Part shown: positions 39,001 through 51,110 of the stretch, in pieces | Numbering within the stretch: the stretch's first letter is position 1 | Layout: every line of letters starts with the position of its first letter | Assembly: GCA_964234715.1 (NCBI GenBank) | Contig: OZ174289.1 | Reading direction: 5' to 3' (one strand) | Source of the DNA: Podarcis melisellensis | Taxonomy: Eukaryota | DNA length: 64,000 nt | Translations under genes and position numbers: made by a program | The notes under the pieces: generated by a model | The model's database searches: none | What the model was told of the DNA's origin: nothing | Seen by the model: the letters and a program-made list of their open reading frames with translations, nothing else

Positions 39001-41924
39001 AAACCTTTCAGAAAACTTGGGAGCCAATCAAGACAGAGGAGCGGTCCCATTTGCCCCTCAGCTGCAGAGACAGGCACAGTTCGAGACAAACTAGTACGAG
39101 ACAGTTTGCTACAAGGCATGAAAAAAATTATCATATTTCTGTACAGTAGACACTGCTGGGTGTCAGGACTAACAGGGGAAAACTTGCGTGTTTCACATCC
39201 GCTCTGTCTCTTACTCTCCCAGCAGCGTTTCTCTCCCCCTCCCTCCCCACCTCAGTTTCCTGGGGTTTGGACGGATGGATCTGACATTTCAGTTGAAACC
39301 TTTGCAAATGGAGCTACGGGGCTTGAACGCTGGGCTCCTTCCAAATGCTTACATTTATTACAGTCAGAGGCTACAAGGCCAGGGAAATGACGGCCCACAA
39401 CAATCAGAATTTATTTTTGCTCCCGTTCTGTCTGTTGAGGTTTTCCATGCACCATTTTCATTTAAAGTGTGGTCGATGTTCCTTTGTCTCTACTACAGTT
39501 ACAACAAGAGGTCTAGAAATCTGCACTTAAATGACCAATATTCTGGGACTTGAAGAAATAATGGAGGTCAGCCCTTCTTGACTTCAAAGTATCTGCAGAA
39601 AATTGAGGGGGGGTGGATTAGTAGATTTTTTCCCAGGATGACCAAGCCGAAAGGCATGCATAAGAAAAGCAGGGGCATTCAATGGGGGGAAATCAGAAGC
39701 CAACATTCCATACAAGAAATGCCACATTCTTGGTACACAATATAAATAAGAGTAATTGCAAAAGAAGATACATTATTTCACCCTAGTGAAAAAAATCATT
39801 AGACTCAATTTGCTTTATCACAGACATATGAAATATGCTCAGCAGTTGTAGAAGTTGCTTCTTATTTGTTAATATTTTCAGAGGTGTAGTCATGCTACTC
39901 TCTTGCAAAAACCAATCAGAGTCACCTTAAATTACAAACTAATTCATTACTGCAGAAGTGGACCTGAATCCATGGAAGCTTATTCCAAAGTAAGTAAACT
40001 TATACCCCACCTTCCTGCTTCTGGAAAAACCACTCAGGGTGGATTATAGCATAATTATAAAAATAACAAACTGTTTAAGCAATAAAATATAATCAAAATA
40101 GTTTTCCAAATATATATATTAAGTTTATTAGTGACAGTCCAACGTACTTAGGTTGGAGAGAGTAGCTTTTGAAAAAGGAGGTATAACAGGCATTGCTGCC
40201 CAGAGAATATACATTCATCTCACTGTTCCTTTCGGTGAACTAGGATGTTTTTTTTGTTTTTGTGGGGGGAGGATAGCCACCTGCAAATTCTGTATGACAA
40301 GCTACAGAGAATGAAGGAAAATGCAGGCATGCACTGAGGAAAATACCCCTTCTAACTCTCTTAGAAACCAGCTTCCATTTGCTTCCTGTTAGTTAAACTA
40401 CTACTCCAGGTGCAAATTAGTGCAGAAATAGAAATGTAGAAGTGGATACAATAAAAAAAAATACCCAACATTAATGTGTAGGTCCTGTCCTTGTTTGGAT
40501 AACTGAGCCGAACTCACCCCATGCAGAAGCCTGCAGATGCACCATCCAGAGAAACTTTCTGCACAGACATAGCTTTTATTTCTAACACCTCCTCCAGCTG
40601 CAGCAACCAGTTCTTGGATTCAGTAATTTTTGTAGGTGGCTTTTTGAAGACAATAATAATTGGTCCTCAGGGTTATGAGAAATATCATGAAAGCATGGCT
40701 GTGATTAATCTTGTACACACACAAACACACAGCCAATCCACAATCTTCTGCTGAATTAGAACTAAACCAGCTGAATGGGTTGATTCATACTGCCATCATA
40801 AATGAACAAACATTTTATTTCTGAGGTGTTAACCTTTCAAACCCAAGACTGTTTCCAGACTGGCTTTAGAAAGGGCATTTTATATTAAGCTACAAGAAAA
40901 CAAAAAGTAGGGGGGGAATGAAAATTTTAAGCAAACACTTCAAATGCAATTGATTTTTTCTCCATCCCCCCAAATGTCACTTGTACTTGGGTAGTAAAGA
41001 AGCTGTTTTTATTATAACAGGAAATAAATTCATAATGGCCTTATAATATTCATTCTAAGATGCATTTTTTCAAAGTCATAGGTTCATTTAAATGCTTTTT
41101 GTGGTAATGTTTTGTTGTAATATTTTCTGCTAGTCACTGCAATTTGTAACCAAAATACCGAAACTAGCTAGGAACCTCCAGAAAGGAAAAATTTCCTCAC
41201 ATTGGTGATGTACATTCTTGTAACACAGATGCTGAGATAGGCAAAAACCACACCAAGCTGCATGTTTTCTGGTAGGACTGCAGCCTCTGATTAACCCCCA
41301 TTTAGCAACTGGATTTTGCGGTTTCACTTCAAGTTTGTTTCAGCTGACACACTCCCAGGGAAGTGCCAGAGCCAAGCCGTAGAAGCCAGGACCTCCTTAT
41401 AAAGTTCTGCTCAGAAAACCAGCCACAAGTTCCTATGGTTCATTGAGCTGATATGGTTCAAGCTTCAGAAGCTTTATAAGGCACCTCAGGGAAACAAAAT
41501 GACATTGCCAGTGGTACAGCAACAAAGCCAGGGTCTCTGGTCTTCCCTTTCTAAATCTGTGAAAAGTTACGTGAACATGGATGGACAATCTTTCCAACAC
41601 TTGTTGACAAAAGGCTCACTGAGTAACTGAACCCCTCAAGAGAAAACAAATGAAGTAGAGGGGTATATGTGGTTTCATTGGGCCAGAGCAGTTATTAACA
41701 CTTTCAATAAAAATCAAACCACAGGTCATATTGAAAATAACCTACAGCAAGCACAGAATCGTCTACAAAAAAATGTTGACAGCAAAGTAAAGTCAGTAAA
41801 GCACTTCTGACTGATTTGTCCTAGAAGTGGAATCCTAACTCACAGTAAATGACTAATCTCTCTAATGCAGTCATCTGGATTTTTTCAAAGCACTTACAGA
41901 CACTTACAGAGTGGCCCTAGTCCA

Positions 41925-42260
41925 CAGGTTGGGAACCATTTTCAGCCTAAGTTCCAAGTTCCCTTCTGGGCAACCTTCAAGAGGCCATGTATCTGTGGTG
42001 GATGAGGCCAAAGGCACAAGTGGGTGAAACAACAAATGTAAATTTTACCTTTGTACAGCAGTGTGCTTTCTACCAGACACTCATTCACAATTCTTTATCC
42101 TCCATCCAGGGAAGCAAGAGGCATTATCAGAGTTTAAGGACACTTTCCAGCCATGCAAAAACACTCAAGGAGGGTGTGATATGGGGCTGAGGAGAGGTGT
42201 GGGGAGCATATTGAGGGCCAGACAGAGTGGGTTGGAGGGCCTGAAGTTCCCTACTTTTGT
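41925..42260. mobile_element. hAT-like non-autonomous element; partial inverted homolog at ~50320-50472
   Basis: GGGAACCATTTTCAGCCTA...CCCTTCTG...AATGTAAATTTTACCTTTGTACAG matches the reverse complement of 50339-50472. Confidence 0.6.
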
Positions 42261-42665
42261 TCTAGCCAAACCACATTTATCTCAACCTTCTAGCTACAAT
42301 ATGGTGATAATCAGAGCAGCCTACCTTCCAGGGCCATTGGTGAGGATTAATGCAATAAAAAAATCTGAAACACTTGGAGGACTTGAAATATGCTATGTAA
42401 CTGACTACCATTATTGTTTCTGACTGCAGTTTAAAGAATTTGACAGGATCTTGCAAGGCTGCTCCTCCAAGTTTCAAGTTGTGGGCTTATTGAACCTTAC
42501 TTACTTGGAAGTATAACTTGAAGTTACTTGTTGATGTTGCTAATCTTTAAGCTATTAATTTTTGAAAGCATGGCATAAACAAACAGTACTTTGCAGGTTG
42601 GGCTCTAGCAAAACAGAGGACAATGGAGCCACATATATTCAAGGGAGAGGATTGCAACATCTAAC

Positions 42666-42907
42666 CTGTTCATATTTCTCCAGCTCCGTGTGATAGATCT
42701 GTCTGATCTGGGTCAATTTGGCCCTGTAATCTGAATGTTCAATAGAGTTATCCGAAGATCCACCAGAAGCTGCTGCTGCTGCTGCCGCCGCTGCCGATCC
42801 TCCACCTTTCTCAGGACCTGAAACCCCTTCTGCCAGAAGCATATTGTCCAATCTCATTAGCTGGGGGTCAGGAGGGTCTTCCTCTTGAGCTCCTCGGATG
42901 CTGAGAC
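42666..42907 (-). CDS. PBX3: PBX3 coding exon 3 (PBC-A end, poly-Ala linker, PBC-B start)
   Basis: Translates (G)[80 protein letters not shown]. Acceptor cacctaaag|GT, donor CAG|gttag, 242 nt. The sequence fits PBX3 rather than PBX1/2/4. Confidence 0.97.
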
Positions 42908-45900
42908 CTTTAGGTGAAGGAAATAACAAGAAGAAAAATTACCTAAGTTAATATATCCTGTTTCCAGTAAATCTGCTAACTATTCCACCGGCTCAGAGAA
43001 GGGAAAGCAGCAGGAGTCACACACACACACTTTGCTGCGAGCCATTTTCATATGGATTTGTGAAGGCTTCCAATCCCAGCAGTTGTCGTTCAAGGAGGAA
43101 GGTATTACTAAGCACTCCGTACACACTATGCTAAAAAGTAATTATCTTTCAAGATCTTGAACCAAAATAGCCCAAATTCTGCATCAAGAAGAGAAGAATT
43201 CTGTGACTTGAATAAGTTAATCAATGCATTCACTGTAATGCAATGTAAGCAAATGGCTCAAAGTACTCATAGTATCACAGAAAGCAGAAATATTAAGCAA
43301 GGACACTGTTCCTACAATAATATGTTTAGGAGGTCACACCAATTTCTAAAGTCTGCCTTTTACTGTTGATGCAATAATATGAGCAGCAGTCAAGGACCAG
43401 CAGACTATTCTAAAGAGTTGGCAGTGGACTGAGCCACTGCTATCATGGGCTGATTTGTAAGCTTTTCGAGCTTTACCGGAGGATAAAAAAGGTTTTAACT
43501 GGAATACCAAACTGTCTATTCAGCAAAATATTCCACACGTGTATTTTGCGCAAATACAATGGCTTGAGGTTATTCCTGGTTCAAGGAAAAGCAGGGAGGG
43601 TTCCACTTCACTGATGGGTCAAGGAATATAGTACTTTATATCCTTCCAGAGGATCACCCTTCCTGAGGAGATGCTCAATCATTAGGTCTTAGATCTACTG
43701 AATGCAATATGCATAGTCTGCAGTGCCCAGCTCTGCTGTAAAGAATGCTGTGATGTATGCAGCCTCAAAACCACTTTGTTTTTTGGTTTTTTAACCACCC
43801 AGAAAGTTTAACTTGCCATTTCATGCTAAAACATTTTCAAAATTGCCAGCATTGCTATCAGCAGCTAGCAGAGAAGCACCAGCGTTTATTTTAAAATAAT
43901 AATAAAAATAAATAAAATTTCCGCCTCTAGCCAGAGGATCCCAAAATGACATCCAATCACCGGTCTCATCTGACTATTATAGATCAAGGCTGACAATTTG
44001 TAGGTTTAATCAGGTCAAATGGGCTTGCTGCCAAGATGCTCTCAACACCACTGAAAAACAAAGTTGAGATATAATTACAGTTGGGGGGGGGGGAATCACT
44101 AGAGCCATGGCTCCGTGGATCGGCATTTCTATTAAAGATGCAATACAACCCAAAAATATCCCAGCTCAATTAACCTCTTCAAATCGGTTTAAAAGCAGGT
44201 ATTCCTGACAGATCCCCTCAGGGGGAGGAGCTGGCACCTACTGAGTCTGCAAGCCGATTCTGCCTTCTGTGGTGCTCATGTTGTTGTTTATACACAGCGG
44301 CACACGAGCTCTGCATCAGGTGCAGCTGACATGACAGTAACATCCATAAACTGCCAAGTGTTCAGCTCAGAAGTGGCAGTTAAATCTGACTCACTTGCAT
44401 GAATCTAGCCCAATTCCTCAAAGGTGTGGAGGTGTAGAAGGAGACAGATTTGTGACCGACCTGCCCTGCACAAACATCAGCCAATCCCTTGTCATATATT
44501 TGACACATGTATTTTAAAAAAATAATCTTTGAAATCAACCACCTTTGTAGCAAGCATCAGTTGCCTGCAATATTGTTAAGACAAATGAAATGACTCACTG
44601 CAAAATTGCTTATCTTTATCATTGATAGCAGGTCAAGATTTGAGGGTGCATACATGCACAGCTATACATATGCATGCCCCACTAAAACAAATGGATGAAT
44701 GCCTCCCTCTTTAATATGCAGAATGGCAACTGTAATGCCCTATTGTCCAAGAATGCACAACCAGAGCAAGATCTGGGCAAAAAGCAGTAAGCGGGTGTTA
44801 GGGAAGCACAATTCTATAGTGCATGTTTGCTATACAGAAGATCCCTGGTCACTGGCATTGCTGGGTAACAAAGACCGTTAATAATATGATATCCACAAGC
44901 TCCATCCCATCTCTAATTTTTGCCAAACCATGCCCCACCGTGGGATGCAGCACCACAGGTTAGGAGTACCCCATCTTGTACTTAGAAGCTGCGTTGGAGT
45001 GTTACAAGTGCCTCATACATTTAGTGAGTTAGGGCAGTATTATGACCTCCAAATTGCTGGTGGAGGACTGAGTTAAAGAAGGAGTGTGGCTTGCCTATGT
45101 GAGTTCTTGGCAGAGGTGACTTTCAGTCCAGGGACTTGCCAATTCGTAATTCATCCTCTTAGCCACTATGTTACACAAGCCTTTTTCCACACATCTGTAA
45201 TAACTTTAAAGTTGTCTGATTATATGGAGTGGTTGATTGTAGATACTGAGAACTTACTGAGAATTTTAAGTGCTGCCCCAACTTCTCATATTTTTTATTT
45301 CTCCATCCACCCTCTTTATTATTATATACATGTTGAAAACCATGGGCGTTAAAAAGGGGGTTGCATTTTCTCCTTTTATCAGTGAATCTTATTTTAATTT
45401 CATCAGCCTACTTCAACAAACCACACACAAACCACACCAAATAATTTGAATGCCACATCCATTGTTCTTCCTTCCCCCTTTTCAACCTGGCTTCTGCTTC
45501 ATCTTATCCAGATCTGAACACACACTGCAAAAGTTGGTGAGCAATATTCTGTCTGATATGTTGCTTTTCTTGTCCCCACCCCCCAACCCATAAAACAAGC
45601 TTCTTCCTGACATGATAAGAATCTCACCATTCCACATTCAGCATTCCACATTCAGAATTGTGTGTGTGGATTCTAAAAAGTTTGGAAGGCAGAAAGCCAA
45701 CTTGATAAATTATCACATGTTTCTTCTCCTCCCATGTCTCCAGTACACCCCAATTACCATCAAATTCTAAATTTGTTTTTGGGATACTGACACCGGAGTT
45801 TGTTCACTGCTTGGACTTGACAATGCACATTTGCTTCCTTGTTATAAAATGTTTCATCTTTGCTATTTCGTCTTATCAGGTTCTCATTAAAGCATTAAGC

Positions 45901-46584
45901 AATCTTCTACATGGTTAGTCTATTCCTGCTAAGGGCTTCAATTCCTCTCCTAAGGAAAAACAAACAGGCTTTTGCTAATTTATATACGTTACTTCATTAA
46001 CTCTATGAGAATTTTTAAATGACTGCTCACTGAGCTAGGCAGCTAAGTGCATGCTTTGCATGGAAGGAGCCTCAGCTATAGTCTCCGATATTTCCAGTTA
46101 AAAGATTCTGGGAGAAAAAAACTCTGTTCAAGACACTGGATAGACAAGGATAAGATGGACAGTATTGGGCTAGATGCACCATTAGTCCTATTTGAAGAAA
46201 AGAGTTTTGAGAGAGGAGGGCAGGTATCCTTATAACACTAAGATGGGCAAAAGGTAGATTGGGATCTACAGGTAAGTCTCTGGGTGATTTTCAGTAGATA
46301 ACAAGGATTCCAACCCCCAGGAACTTGACAATTGTTTAACCCCCAGTGAGGTCAGCCTGGCACCTTTGATGACATATTTTCGGAACCAAGTAAAAACCTA
46401 CTGTTTTCTCAAGCTTCTGATAATCTATTATAGTTTTGTTTTTGCTGTCAGTATGCTGACAAACCTTCCGTGGCTGCATGGGGGTGTTTTGTTATTTTTA
46501 ATGAACTGCATGGAAGCTTTAATAATGTGCTGCTATTATAATGTATTTTATTTATGCTTATGTATTTAATTAAACTATATCACT

Positions 46585-47242
46585 GTGGTGTATGGTGTGT
46601 TAGGGGAGGAGTAGAACCTCTGGTGGGTGACAGACACATCATGTTCCTTCTGGGGTAGTTTGTCCTCCTTGGGCCCCGACTCTGCACCTAGCTCTCATGT
46701 GTGACTCCTAGAAGTTGTCAGCATGTGACAGTGGCCATAACCCGGGAATGGCTTCAACTGGCCAGCTAAACCCGGTGAAGGTAGCTGATGGGTCTCAAAC
46801 CCTTGGTGGGTTAGGGACTTCCCTGAATGCAAAGACAGGCTCCGGCAGGTTGAGCAGATGGGACCAATAGTGGGTCCAATGGTCAAGAAGTAGAGGGTAG
46901 TAAGGGGCAGATGGAACTTGTCAACCTGGTAAGGCAGCCCATATAGGAGAAGGAAAACTCTAACCCTAAACCTCCACTGCGTTGTGGTATATCTTTGGGA
47001 GAAGAAAAGGCTAAGGAGTAAACCCTACACAAATCTGGAGTGGAGTCCCTAAGGCAGTTGGATGGCTCCTTCCAGCAACTCCTGCAGCCAAGCTGGTGCC
47101 AAATGTATTATTCTGCTTTCCTTTGGCCTACATCAGGCCTACATGCACCCTGGGAAAGTCACTTTGGTGCTGCTAACACAGCAGTTTTTCTTCACCCCAG
47201 AGGTACACTCCATTGTCTCCCAAGACAAATGGGTGCCAACAA
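46585..47242 (+). mobile_element. Non-autonomous RTE-like retroposon, copy A
   Basis: Clear colinear similarity to the reverse complement of 32158-33012 (e.g. GGAGTAAACCCTACACAAATC, CAGCAACTCCTGCAGCCAAGCTGGTGCCAAATGTAT). Ends GTGCCAACAA (CAA-type tail); no ORF. The RTE assignment is inference. Confidence 0.7.
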
Positions 47243-47291
47243 TATAAGTCACTTGGAGACCTCTGTATAATAATAAGGAGTCTACTAAATA

Positions 47292-47533
47292 CAGTGGTAC
47301 CTCGGGTTCAGACGCTTCAGGTTACAGACGCTTCATGTTACAGACTCCACTAACCCAGAAATAGTACCTCGGGGTTAAGAACTTTGCTTCAGGATGAGAA
47401 CAGAAATCGTGCGGCGGCGCAGCTGCAGCAGCGGGAGGCCCCATTAGCTAAAGTGGTACCTCAGGTTAAGAACAGTTTCAGGTTTAGAATGGACCTCCAG
47501 AAAGAATTAAGTTCTTAACTCTAGGTACGACTG
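47292..47533. mobile_element. Tc1/mariner (Tigger-like) MITE
   Basis: TA target-site duplications; TIRs CAGTGGTACCTCGGGTT / AACTCTAGGTACGACTG. Inverted homolog at 52823-53037. Confidence 0.88.
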
Positions 47534-49234
47534 TACTAAAGATAACAGCAATAACAACAAATAAAAAACAAGTTACCACCCTGCCCTGGTTGCCCTTGTT
47601 TTAATTGCCTCTCTCTCAAACCTAGTGTTCCTCATCAGTTGATTAAGTGTATTAAATGGTTGCCTTTATTAGCCTTTGTACAACTATGCTGGTCAGTTTC
47701 AGTGCTCTGTGTTAAAAGCCGTCAGCTGCAGTAAATTCAGCCATAGTTCTGTACGTGTACATTATGGTTTCCTGATGTAACGCTCCATGAGATGCCTTAT
47801 ATTGCAGATGCACTGACACAACCACAACCACATTTTTTTCTCTGGCTCTACTACCAACATAAGCTGTTTTGCATCTGCCTCTCACTAGTGGATTGGGTGG
47901 GGTGGTTGTTATAGAAAAGAAAGATGTTTTCACAAACCCGAAATCTGCCTGCCACTACTCTGTGGTTTTCAAATTTCCAAACCTCTGGGCACCTCTTCCA
48001 TATTGACTTCCTATGAAAACCACCACTACCTGATCATATTCAACACAGGCCTGAGGGTACCTATGTACCTGCAGGAGCTTCTGATGGCAATCATAAATGG
48101 GAGACCAGTCATTTTCTGGCCATGGCTAGTATAAACATGACACAGTTTGAAAATTGCACAGTTTGGAACAAGGGCTATGAAACTGCTAGGGCAAAATGGC
48201 ACAGCTGTTTCCAGATAACCTTGGATTGTTTCCAAATGAAACCTGTTTTGACTACTTGCAGTGAGTCCTACCCCAGTTCTTGGCAAGTGATACAGTACAT
48301 TGCATATGCTGGTACACCAAGAGAAAGGATGAGCTGTTAACATTTATTCTGGTTTGAGGCACTACTTAAGCAACACCTACAAGACCATGTGTGGGGAAAA
48401 GAGGATGTACCATTTCCATCTCTATCTTCCCTCGTTAATTTTTGAATTACTGTTATCAACACAAGTATATAATGAACAAGAAGGCTGTTCTTCTGTAGAC
48501 TGGCTGATGGGAAGGATTGTCCTACTCTAGGCCTTTTGATATTGACTGGATAAAAATCTACTCTCTCTTCCTGGGTCTGTGTTTCTCTTCCTTTAAAGAG
48601 GATCTCACAAGCTCACCCTATTTGCCGAGCCAAGCCTTTCCTTTATTCAACAGCTTCAGACAATGGATGCTACCTAGCATCTGCCTTTATAAATTATGCA
48701 CCAATAATATATGTATTTTTGACATATAAGCTCACACTGTGGCTATTGTTTCTCTATTTTTATTCCTCAGTATATCAACCTACAAGTTTATTACTGCTTA
48801 GCTCGCTGACCTTTCAATGCATCGTGGTATTAAGGTACAGAGTGGGCTTGAAAGAACACAATAATACATCACTTCCAGCACAACTGGAGAGGTACTAATG
48901 GCACTGGAAGTGCAAGGACTCAAGCTGGAGAGCTATGCATCGGCCTAAAGCCAAATCTTTCCACATTAAATATGGCAGCTTGAGCTGGTACACCTTTGAT
49001 AGATCTTTCAGGACCACTTTCATGCCTGACAATTTCTTTTCCTCTAGGCAAAGTTTCAAAAATCTTCATGGGTGAGCCGTAGAGTTAACCACAAACCTGT
49101 TTGCTCCCTATTTCCATCTACTTAAAGCCACACCATTCATTTTGGTATCTGCAGGATCCAGACAAATCACATAAACAGACGCTAAAACATTGTTTAACAA
49201 TGAACTTGGCTTTGTTATAGAACCACAGTTTTAG

Positions 49235-49600
49235 CATATCTTTCAGCAGATCCTAATTAGCTGTCTTTCAACGCGCTGTGCACCTGCCCCCACAGATAAC
49301 AGACGAGCGCGCCTGCACAGGCGACGGCATTCAGAGGCCAATAAATAAATTGCAGGTCAAAATTATTACAAAGCTTTTCCTCCGAATAAACCCATCTCCT
49401 TCACAATACAAAGCCGTCGATATGAAAAGCACCTAAAAACCCACTCAAATGGTATGATTACAGGGGCCGTTTGAGTTTAATAATCCGACTGTAGTTCAGG
49501 CATTTTCAACAGCTCATTAAGGGTTCATTAATATATGGGCAAGCTTTTGAATTATAAATAAGCAGATTAGAAACCCGTGGTGTCTGAATTGTATAGTAGG
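49235..49600. promoter_or_regulatory. Candidate conserved non-coding element/enhancer in intron 2
   Basis: Non-repetitive, unusual CpG retention, many TAAT/ATTA homeodomain cores (CTAATTAG, CTCATTAA, TTCATTAAT). Conservation inferred, not computed. Confidence 0.55.
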
Positions 49601-49704
49601 TATCTTGGCTAACAGAGTAATATTGCAAGCACAATGAAAGGTTGGCCCAAGAGAGTTCTTCTGGAGATACAGGGCATGGCTTTTTCCATCTTATTTATTA
49701 ATTT

Positions 49705-49835
49705 CATAAAATTGTAAAGTTGGAGGGGACTACAGGTCATCTAGTCCAACCCCCTGCAATGCAGGTATGTTTTGCCAGTTGTGGGGCTCAAATCCATGAC
49801 CCTGAGAGTCCCATGATCTACCGACTGAGCAATCC
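49705..49835 (-). mobile_element. tRNA-headed SINE with CR1-like 3' end; second copy at ~6745-6882
   Basis: Reverse complement starts GGGATTGCTCAGTCGGTAGA..GGATTTGAGCCCC and ends GGTTGGACTAGATGACC..TCCAACTTTACAATTTTATG. Confidence 0.7.
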
Positions 49836-50292
49836 CTTTGCCTTGCTTGTTCACCTTGTGAAGTGCATATGTGTCATTTTTCTGAAGTGGTAAATTAACC
49901 ATTTTAAGACATGCCCACCACCCACCATATATATATGGACCCTGGTGTTCCACAGAAAGACCAAAGACTCAACTCAAAGATGTAATCACCACCAAATCAC
50001 CTTCCTAGTTCCATAAGAGAAGTCTGATTGGCGATAAAGATTCCCATTGGGATTCTTCATTTGTGGTTTTTAAAAATAAGGACAGCCACTGACTCATTCT
50101 ATAGATTTTAAGCTTTCCTGCTGGGGAAAAGCCTTCAGGCCTCTCTAACTTACTCATTGGACTCTCCTCAAAACACACCACTCTCATCAGGCAACATCCC
50201 ATGATGGCCCTGCTGTATTTCCTTTTTGGGTACTTTTGCCTGACTAGAATGTATCCTTGAACTTTGATAATACATTTTGCTTGGATGGATGG

Positions 50293-50327
<35 letters not shown>

Positions 50328-50917
50328 AACTAGCCTCCTGTACAAAGATAAAGTTCACATTCATTGCTCTGCTTATTTTTGCTTCTAGGCCCACCCACCA
50401 CTTGTATATGTCCCTGGGAGATTGCTCAGAAGGGAATGCGGCCCCTAGGCTGAAAATGGTTCCCCATCCCTGACTTCAAGAATTTGGTGGGGGTAGAGAA
50501 ACACCATCAAGAGACAAAGACTGCTGAAGTTCATTTACAAAGTCACAGGCTAAGAGCTGAGGTTGTCCAATCCCCAACAAACCGAAAACTACAGAGATCT
50601 TAGCTGCTAGCTCTATTTTGCCTCCTTGAGGCATTTCTAACAAGAGAACAGATATCTGAAAATGCCTGCTCTTCATTTTCTATATGGCATCAGCAGAGAA
50701 TTATGACTGCTCTCATATAAAAACACAATTTAATGTTGTCATGCTGCAATATTATGTTGGTGTGGCAATTAACATGGCTGGTCTTAACACAAACCCTGAG
50801 AGCCATGCCTAGCCTCCATCTACACCACTAGCTTCCCCAGCAGCCTCTGAAACCAGGAGGACTCTCTCCAGAAGTCAGTGGAACACTAAAATAACACCAT
50901 GAGCCACAAAGCACAGC

Positions 50918-51110
50918 TACCGTATTTACCACCAAATCTAATGCGCATCTGAATTTTCAAAACCTTGAAACTAAAAAAGTATTTGCTATGTCAGCAGTCT
51001 TTATCAAGCTTGCAATTGAATCTAATGCGCCATCAAATCTAATATGCACCCTAGGTTTTGCGACATAATTTGACCAAAAAGGTGCACATTACATTGGAGT
51101 TAATATGGTG
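50918..51110. mobile_element. Tc1/pogo-type MITE, decayed
   Basis: TACCGTATTT ... TAATATGGTG termini; repeated AATCTAATGCGC motif. Confidence 0.55.
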
